23,092 nt of DNA, taken from Candidatus Hermodarchaeota archaeon. Its GTDB lineage: Archaea; Asgardarchaeota; Lokiarchaeia; Sigyniarchaeales; SOKP01. The notes beneath the pieces are model-generated. The model was not told where the DNA came from. It saw nothing but the letters and a program-made list of their open reading frames with translations, and made no database searches. Below, piece by piece: positions 17,153 through 23,092 of the stretch. Where the stretch lies: positions 1 through 23,092 of the forward strand of contig JBHLLG010000045.1 in the NCBI GenBank assembly GCA_048885925.1, read 5' to 3'. A program made the position numbers and the translations under genes. The number at the start of each line of letters is the position of its first letter. Positions within the stretch are counted from its first letter, which is position 1.

Positions 17153-19164
17153 TTTTCTCCCCCTTCTACTTTTGTTTCTTCTGGAATTGCTGTTTCAATC
17201 ATAGGTAAAATCTGAATATCACCAAAATGATTTTGAATGATGGCTTCTGATGGACAAGCTGCTACACATGTCCCACATCCTTTACAAAGAATTTCATTTA
17301 TTTCGGCAACTTTTTCAAATTCGTTAAAAGAGATTGCATTAAAAGCGCATAAACTAATACAACTCTTACATCCTGCACATTTAAAGCTTAGAACTTTTGA
17401 ATAATAAGGTTCAATTTCAACTTCTCCGCGAGCCATTAAAGCAATAGCACTTGCAGCTGCACCTTTTGCTTGCGCAACGGTATCTGGAATATCTTTTGGA
17501 CCTTGTACAGTTCCGGCAACAAATACACCTTCTGTTAAAGTATCAACTGGACGAAGCTTAGGGTGAGCCTCCATTAAAAATCCATCTTCTGTTCTTTGCA
17601 CATTAAAAATACGCGCAATTTCTTCCATATCATCCCGGCATTGCAATCCTATGGAAAGTACCAATAAGTCAGTTTCGATTTCAACTTGCCTTTGCAGTAA
17701 TGTGTCTTCAGCTCTTACAATGATATTATGATAATCCCCCTCAAAAACTTCAGAAATTCGACCTCTTATATATTTAATCCCATAATTTTTTCCTGCAGAT
17801 TCGTAAAATTCTTCGTACCCTTTTCCAAATGCCCTAATATCCATGTAAAATATATAGATTTTTGCTTCAGGATGTTTCTCTTTGTATTGCCGTGCTTGTT
17901 TTGTTGCATACATACAACATACCCTAGAACAGTATTTATTTCCTTTCCCTGTAAAATCTCGACTTCCCACACACTGGAGGAAAATTACTGTGTGTGGTTC
18001 ATTATGGTCAGAGGGTCTCTTTATTTTTCCTTCAGTTGGACCAAAAGAACTTAAGAGTCTCTCCATTTGAAGTCCTGTTATAACATTTGGATATCTACCA
18101 TATCCATATTGTTTTAATGTTGTTGGATCGTACGGATCCCAACCTGTAGCTATGATAATTGTTCCTACTTTCACATCCACATATTCAGGTTTGTCATCAT
18201 ATCTAATTGCATTTGTTGGGCATACTTCCGCACAAATTCCACATTTAATACAATGATCCATATCTAAGGTGTATTCACCAGGAACTGCTTGAGGGAAAGG
18301 AATATAACATACTTTTCGAGCCTTCATTCCTAAATCAAATTCATTAGGAACCTCAATAGGACAAGCCTCTGCACATGCCCCGCATCCTGTACAAGCTTCT
18401 TGGTCGATATAGTGAGGTTTCTTTCTAATCTTGACTTGGAAATTACCTACATATCCATCAATAGATTCAACCTCAGAATATGTCATCAGTTCTACGTTAC
18501 GATTTTGTGCGACTTCACTCATTTTAGGAGTTGTAATACAAGCTGAGCAATCCATTGTAGGAAAGGTTTTATCCAATTGAGCCATATGACCTCCTACTGT
18601 TGGAGATTTTTCAACTAAATAAACTTTATAACCTGAATTTCCAAGATCTAAAGCAGCATTAATTCCGGCAATCCCTGCTCCAACAATTAAACAAGAAGGT
18701 TCAACTTTAACAGTTGTAACTTCTAATGGTTTTAAATTACTAACTTTTGCTACTGCCATCCTAATATGATCTCTAGCTATTCTTGTGGCGCCTGGTACAT
18801 CTCGCATATTAACCCAAGTACAATGTTCACGAATATTAGCTTGTTCGAATAGAAATTGGTTTAATCCTGCATCTTGACAGGTTCTTCTGAATGTTGGTTC
18901 ATGCATTCGGGGAGAACATGCAGCAACCACGACCCTATTAATCTTTCCAGCTTCAATATCTTCTTTTATCATGTTTTGACCAATATCTGAACACATGAAT
19001 TTGTATTCTTTCGCTAATACTACGTTTGGCAATGTTGAAACATATTCACATAATTTTGGAACGTCTACAACACCACCAATGTTAATACCACAATGGCAAA
19101 TGTAAACTCCCACTTTTGGGTCTTCTCTACCAGTTAACTTGATTTCTTTTTTACTTTCAACCAT
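17149..19164 (-). CDS. hdrA: Heterodisulfide reductase subunit A (FAD/Fe-S), minus-strand copy
   Basis: Same full HdrA motif set, including NIREHC, LDKTFPTMDCSAC and CSRVCCMY. AGGTGA Shine-Dalgarno. Confidence 0.97.
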   Translation of the reverse strand: MVESKKEIKLTGREDPKVGVYICHCGINIGGVVDVPKLCEYVSTLPNVVLAKEYKFMCSDIGQNMIKEDIEAGKINRVVVAACSPRMHEPTFRRTCQDAGLNQFLFEQANIREHCTWVNMRDVPGATRIARDHIRMAVAKVSNLKPLEVTTVKVEPSCLIVGAGIAGINAALDLGNSGYKVYLVEKSPTVGGHMAQLDKTFPTMDCSACITTPKMSEVAQNRNVELMTYSEVESIDGYVGNFQVKIRKKPHYIDQEACTGCGACAEACPIEVPNEFDLGMKARKVCYIPFPQAVPGEYTLDMDHCIKCGICAEVCPTNAIRYDDKPEYVDVKVGTIIIATGWDPYDPTTLKQYGYGRYPNVITGLQMERLLSSFGPTEGKIKRPSDHNEPHTVIFLQCVGSRDFTGKGNKYCSRVCCMYATKQARQYKEKHPEAKIYIFYMDIRAFGKGYEEFYESAGKNYGIKYIRGRISEVFEGDYHNIIVRAEDTLLQRQVEIETDLLVLSIGLQCRDDMEEIARIFNVQRTEDGFLMEAHPKLRPVDTLTEGVFVAGTVQGPKDIPDTVAQAKGAAASAIALMARGEVEIEPYYSKVLSFKCAGCKSCISLCAFNAISFNEFEKVAEINEILCKGCGTCVAACPSEAIIQNHFGDIQILPMIETAIPEETKVEGGEN

Positions 19165-19179
19165 TTTTTCTCACCTTTC

Positions 19180-20133
19180 TTAGACAGTTTCTCCAATTTT
19201 TATTAATAGTGGATTTAACGAGATAAATGGAGGAACACCTTCTAAATCAGGGCTCTTTATTAAACCTAATTCTTCTGGGCTCATACCCAAAGCCAATCCT
19301 AATAATTGTGTATAATAAATAACAGGAATTTTAAATGGCGTTTTAATCTTATTTTTGAAAATACTATTAACTTCTAATTGCCCTAAGTCCATTTGTAAAT
19401 GACAGAATGGACATACTGTAACAATAGCATCTGCTCCTGAGGTTGCTATATTCTCCAACTTCTCTCTAGTGAAATCAAGAGAAACCTCCTTAAAAGCTCC
19501 CCTTACACCACCTCCAGCTCCACAACACATGAATTTATCTTTATAATCTAAACTTTTACATCCCGAAATTTCTACTAATTCATCTAAAAAACGAGGATCC
19601 TCGACTTCTTGATTCCATGGCCGAATTTCACCTGGTTTTATTAAATGACACCCATAATGGGTTGCTAAATTCAAATTTAATTGCTGTTTTCTTCCATATT
19701 TCGTCTTGTTTCGTATCTTCTCAACAGTTATATCATTATATAAGATATCAATAATGTGCCGAATTTTGGTCGTTCCTTTGAATTCCCTACCGATTTTTCC
19801 TAAGTGTTCATTCACCATTCGTCGTTTTTCTTTATTATGTTTTAATGTATGATTTACTTCAAGCAAGCTTCCGTAACAACCATTGCACATTAATGCAATA
19901 TCAACGCCAAGTTCTTCAGCAATAGTTATGTTTCTCGCCCCAATTACTAACCATGTGTCAATGTCAAACCCGCGAAATACACCAGGAGCAGGACAACACG
20001 ATGCGCCATCCATTTCAACCAATTCGATATTTAACTTCTCAAAAACACTTCTAGTAGCACGCTCTATAAAAGGATATCTATTGGGTATGACGCACCCTAA
20101 GAAAAGTGCAAATTTTAGTTTGTCTTTCGGCAT
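19180..20133 (-). CDS. hdrB: Heterodisulfide reductase subunit B (copy 3)
   Basis: FLGCVIPNRYP, CCPAPG, CNGCY, HYGCH, CCGAGG and CPFCH motifs. ATG 20133 follows a GGAGGT Shine-Dalgarno. Confidence 0.95.
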   Translation of the reverse strand: MPKDKLKFALFLGCVIPNRYPFIERATRSVFEKLNIELVEMDGASCCPAPGVFRGFDIDTWLVIGARNITIAEELGVDIALMCNGCYGSLLEVNHTLKHNKEKRRMVNEHLGKIGREFKGTTKIRHIIDILYNDITVEKIRNKTKYGRKQQLNLNLATHYGCHLIKPGEIRPWNQEVEDPRFLDELVEISGCKSLDYKDKFMCCGAGGGVRGAFKEVSLDFTREKLENIATSGADAIVTVCPFCHLQMDLGQLEVNSIFKNKIKTPFKIPVIYYTQLLGLALGMSPEELGLIKSPDLEGVPPFISLNPLLIKIGETV

Positions 20134-20137
20134 TTTT

Positions 20138-20710
20138 CTAACCTCCATTATCAACATTCAGTAAATCTACTTTTTTTTCATAATCGCCAACGCCAGTGAG
20201 TTTATCAAATCCAGTGCTTTTTAGTAGAACTTGAACTTCCTTTTCCGCAGCAGGAAATTTATGTGTAGTAGGTGGAATTTTACTTAACTTATAATATTCT
20301 CTTAATTTATTCCATTTCTTATCATTAATTGGGACTCCGTGTCCAGTATTATAAAACAATTTACAAAGGGCAAGATGAGGTGCTTGAATGTATCCTCTCT
20401 GAACAGCTAAATTTCTCAAAAAAATTATCATATCTGTCACAGGCACACCTCTGGGGCATCGTTCTAAGCACGTATAACAAGTACTACAAAACCAGAGTTC
20501 TTTATTTGAGAGAACTTCTTCTACAAGTCCTAATTGTGCTTTTCTTATAAGAGATCTAGTTTTATATGCAGTTCTTCTTCCACTTGGGCATCCACCTGTG
20601 CATGTTCCACACTGAATACATGATCCTATTTCTAAATAACCAACATCTCTTAATAAGTCAGCAAGATCATCTGTAAATTCTGTAATTTTGTTTGCTTCTA
20701 AATTTTCCAT
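20138..20710 (-). CDS. hdrC: Heterodisulfide reductase subunit C (copy 3)
   Basis: CIQCGTCTGGCPSGRRT, WFCSTCYTCLERCPR and TGHGVPIN motifs. Confidence 0.95.
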   Translation of the reverse strand: MENLEANKITEFTDDLADLLRDVGYLEIGSCIQCGTCTGGCPSGRRTAYKTRSLIRKAQLGLVEEVLSNKELWFCSTCYTCLERCPRGVPVTDMIIFLRNLAVQRGYIQAPHLALCKLFYNTGHGVPINDKKWNKLREYYKLSKIPPTTHKFPAAEKEVQVLLKSTGFDKLTGVGDYEKKVDLLNVDNGG

Positions 20711-20739
20711 TATAATTTCTCTTTATATTGATCTTTAAT

Positions 20740-20766
20740 GATTTCCTTTTTTTTAAAAAGGAAATC
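20740..20766. repeat. Perfect 12-bp inverted repeat in the hdrC leader region
   Basis: GATTTCCTTTTT-TTT-AAAAAGGAAATC. Confidence 0.7.
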
Positions 20767-20947
20767 TCTGTTTCTTTCTACTATGGAGTAAAAAATATTT
20801 TTTATTAATTAAAAAATTTGTTATAGATATTTAATAATTAAATTCATTTTAACAGTTATCTCTTATATTTTACAGATTTATAAGCAATTAGAAAATAAAA
20901 AATAGATATGACTAAAATACGATTAATATTGTTTAAAAAAAAGATTC

Positions 20948-21196
20948 TTAATTGGAATCAAATTTTAAGCCAAATTGTTTGTATAATTCTCTTAGATATT
21001 TAAATTGAGTCTGTTTTGGTAAAAAGGCAAGTTCTTTTTTTAATTTCTTTTTCTCTTTTTTAGATATATTCAAATTGTCTAATTTTTCTCTAATATCCTT
21101 AGATAATACTGTATATATTCTTAAAAAATATTTCTTAATTTCTGTGATTTCCTCTAATTCTTTTCCATCTATATCTCCGTTAATTTTTTTCACCAT
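20948..21196 (-). CDS. Hypothetical small basic helical protein (82 aa)
   Basis: Clean ORF with K/E/L-rich helical composition. No recognisable motif. Confidence 0.6.
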   Translation of the reverse strand: MVKKINGDIDGKELEEITEIKKYFLRIYTVLSKDIREKLDNLNISKKEKKKLKKELAFLPKQTQFKYLRELYKQFGLKFDSN

Positions 21197-21439
21197 TTTT
21201 TTTAATGATATTATTAATCAAACCTGTGCTAAATAAAGATTAACAAAAAAATCTAATAAAAAAATAGGAGTCCAATTATTCTTTTTTTAGATTTTGTAAT
21301 GTTAAAAAGTTTTCAGATTTTGAAAAGAAAGAAACTACGAAATTTACTTGAAAACTGAACTTAAAATTAAGTACTAATATTTTAGGTTTTCCTAGATTAT
21401 TAAGAAAAAATCTAATCTGCTCATTAATAATTTAAAATT

Positions 21440-22468
21440 TTAGAGAAGATACTTCTTTAAATTTTCTTCTTTATTTATTTTACTAAAAATTTCTTTATTT
21501 AAATCATTATAATCATATCCATAAATTACTAAACCGTTTAAATCATCATAATCTGAATACCTTACTGTTAATTTTGCAGCAAAATTTAGAATTTCTTCGT
21601 TTATTTCACCTTGAACAATTGCCACTGGTCCTGGTACATCTTTGGCTTCCATAATTAAATCATTTGATTTTCTTAGATTAAGTAGTATTTTGTTTTCATT
21701 TTCATTTCTTCCTATAATTATTTTATTATTCTTAAATCGGAAGTGCCGCCCATATTTTAAGATATGAATATCCTGCATTATTGGATTATCATTAAATTTC
21801 AGATAATCCCTCATCCTATTAGCAAAATTCACATCTGTTAATAAACATCCACCGCATGCATAGTAATTTTCTAATAATCCATACTTTCTTGCTAATTCTA
21901 ATTGTATTTTTCTGCTTCGTCCTTTTATTCCCAGTAATTTTTGGCGATTTATTAGTCCTTTTTCCTCATATATGGTTGGTTTTAATTGAAGCGCAGATAA
22001 AGGTCTTAATAGTTTTCCTTCAAGACCTGATTCTCTTTCTACAATGTTTAGTGCTTTCATATGTTGAGACTTTGGCCGCTGGTCAAGAACTTCTCCTGTA
22101 AATATGAAGTCAGCATTAATTTTTTTCAAAAATTTCTTAGCTTTATTCAAAATATAAATTCTACAATCTATACAAGGATTAAGATTTTTACCATAACCAA
22201 ATTTTGGATTACGAATTATTTCTAAATAATCATCCTCTTTTGATAAGTGGTAAACTTTTATCCCAAGTTTTTCATGAAATAACCCTATTCCACATTCTGA
22301 ATGACTATGTACCTTATCGCAAAGGCAAAAAGGAGATTTTAAATTTAAACCAATAACTTTTATTCCTTGTATTTGTAATAGAAGACAAGCAGTTAAGCTA
22401 TCTAATCCTCCAGATACTAAACCAAGCCCAACTAATTGTTCTTTATTTTCCGATTTTTCGACTTTCAT
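21440..22468 (-). CDS. PP-loop tRNA sulfurtransferase-like protein (ThiI/MnmA-related) with C-terminal DUF814/NFACT-R-like domain
   Basis: SGGLDS PP-loop, NPCIDCR, TGEVLDQRPKSQ, GRSRKIQ, GGCLLTD, GRHFR and IIGRNENEN motifs. Confidence 0.85.
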   Translation of the reverse strand: MKVEKSENKEQLVGLGLVSGGLDSLTACLLLQIQGIKVIGLNLKSPFCLCDKVHSHSECGIGLFHEKLGIKVYHLSKEDDYLEIIRNPKFGYGKNLNPCIDCRIYILNKAKKFLKKINADFIFTGEVLDQRPKSQHMKALNIVERESGLEGKLLRPLSALQLKPTIYEEKGLINRQKLLGIKGRSRKIQLELARKYGLLENYYACGGCLLTDVNFANRMRDYLKFNDNPIMQDIHILKYGRHFRFKNNKIIIGRNENENKILLNLRKSNDLIMEAKDVPGPVAIVQGEINEEILNFAAKLTVRYSDYDDLNGLVIYGYDYNDLNKEIFSKINKEENLKKYLL

Positions 22469-22687
22469 TTTAATAAATAAAAAAGAAATATAACCAAGAA
22501 TATTTGAAAATTTTATAAAATTTATTCTTTTCTTTAATTTCTTATAATTCCCACTATTTGAATTAAATAAATCATAGATTATTTTTTTTATTGCCTAATT
22601 AATTAAATTGGAGCTTTATTTATTTATGACAACTTCAAAATAGAAAACCTAAAAAAAAATTATGAATAAATTTTTATATCATACTAG

Positions 22688-22700
22688 TAAAGATTTATAA
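22688..22700 (+). promoter_or_regulatory. BRE + TATA promoter of tRNA-Cys
   Basis: TAAAGA followed by TTTATAA (22694-22700), ending 27 nt before the tRNA 5' end. Confidence 0.65.
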
Positions 22701-22727
22701 GAGACTTCGATTATTTTAGATTTTTAA

Positions 22728-22832
22728 GCCAGTGTTGCCGAGTCGTAAGGCGATGGCCTGCAGAGCCATTTATCATGATAATAAAAGTATCTTGAGTTGA
22801 AATCATGGGTTCAAATCCCATCACTGGCTCCA
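22728..22832 (+). tRNA. tRNA-Cys(GCA) with encoded CCA and a probable 30-nt intron (22772-22801) in the variable loop
   Basis: Acceptor GCCAGTG/CACTGGC, D stem GCC/GGC, anticodon arm ATGGC-CTGCAGA-GCCAT, T arm ATGGG-TTCAAAT-CCCAT, U73 discriminator and CCA. The variable region is 35 nt instead of about 5. Confidence 0.92.
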
Positions 22833-23092
22833 TCTTATTATAAATCTTATAAGTATAATTAAAAATTTGAGAACAAATCAAAATTTTCTAATAAAAGAGT
22901 AAATTATTCTTTTTGATTACAATTTGTTATTTTATGATTTAATTTGAAACATTGATTCTATTATATTAATTGGGAGAAATTAATGTGCAAGTTTATTAAA
23001 TAAGGGTCAAATCTTAATCATAATAGCCTTTACAAGCAAAATATATTCAAAATTTTACCACTTTAATTTAAATAATAGCATAAAAATTATCA

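Noticed and set aside
20709-20808. Short open frame ending in TAATG overlapping the hdrC start (possible leader peptide)
   Set aside because: No ATG/GTG/TTG start codon after the previous in-frame stop.
555-22101. Short overlapping or antisense ORFs in the track: 555..767, 865..1137, 3830..4099, 5251..5451, 6107..6328, 8689..8877, 14547..14741, 14923..15111, 14981..15304, 15006..15218, 15262..15672, 16740..16925, 17728..18054, 17766..17972, 17882..18070, 19883..20164, 20329..20550, 21856..22101
   Set aside because: They lie within or across well-supported genes and carry no motifs. The similar shadow ORFs in both hdrA copies simply reflect paralogy.
22728-22832. tRNA-Sec interpretation of the long variable region
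   Set aside because: The anticodon is GCA not TCA, the acceptor/T stems are 7/5, and the discriminator is U73, all typical of tRNA-Cys.
1-23092. CRISPR arrays, transposases, integrases or an att-site duplicate of the tRNA 3' end
   Set aside because: No periodic repeats, mobile-element ORFs or second copy of the tRNA end were seen in the window.

Overview
AT-rich archaeal DNA, most likely an Asgard archaeon of the Lokiarchaeia type. This is inferred from BRE/TATA promoters, GGTGA/GGAGG Shine-Dalgarno sites, an intron-containing tRNA, and the Hdr/Mvh/Fae gene content. The left third carries a formaldehyde-activating enzyme (Fae) that appears fused to a DapA-like domain running off the window edge. 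It also carries small hypothetical proteins, an Fe-S protein, a thioesterase pseudogene and a nitroreductase-bcp-nitroreductase-yyaL redox cluster. The centre and right hold a 12 kb heterodisulfide reductase supercluster of three operons: (i) minus strand, an MvhG with a duplicated Fe-S module, then hdrC and hdrB; (ii) plus strand, a small CPxCG protein, then hdrCBA; (iii) minus strand, hdrCBA, mvhD and an FwdF-like polyferredoxin. The right end has a PP-loop tRNA thiolase-like gene and a tRNA-Cys(GCA) with a probable 30-nt intron in the variable loop. The best find missed by the ORF track is a 36-codon VhuU-like mini-gene (8333-8443, minus). It has an in-frame UGA at the nickel-ligating selenocysteine position, its own promoter, and a near-SECIS hairpin. 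Other highlights are the DapA-Fae fusion and three exact ~50-nt tracts shared by the two inverted hdrA paralogs. All homology calls were made by eye from remembered family motifs; no searches were run.
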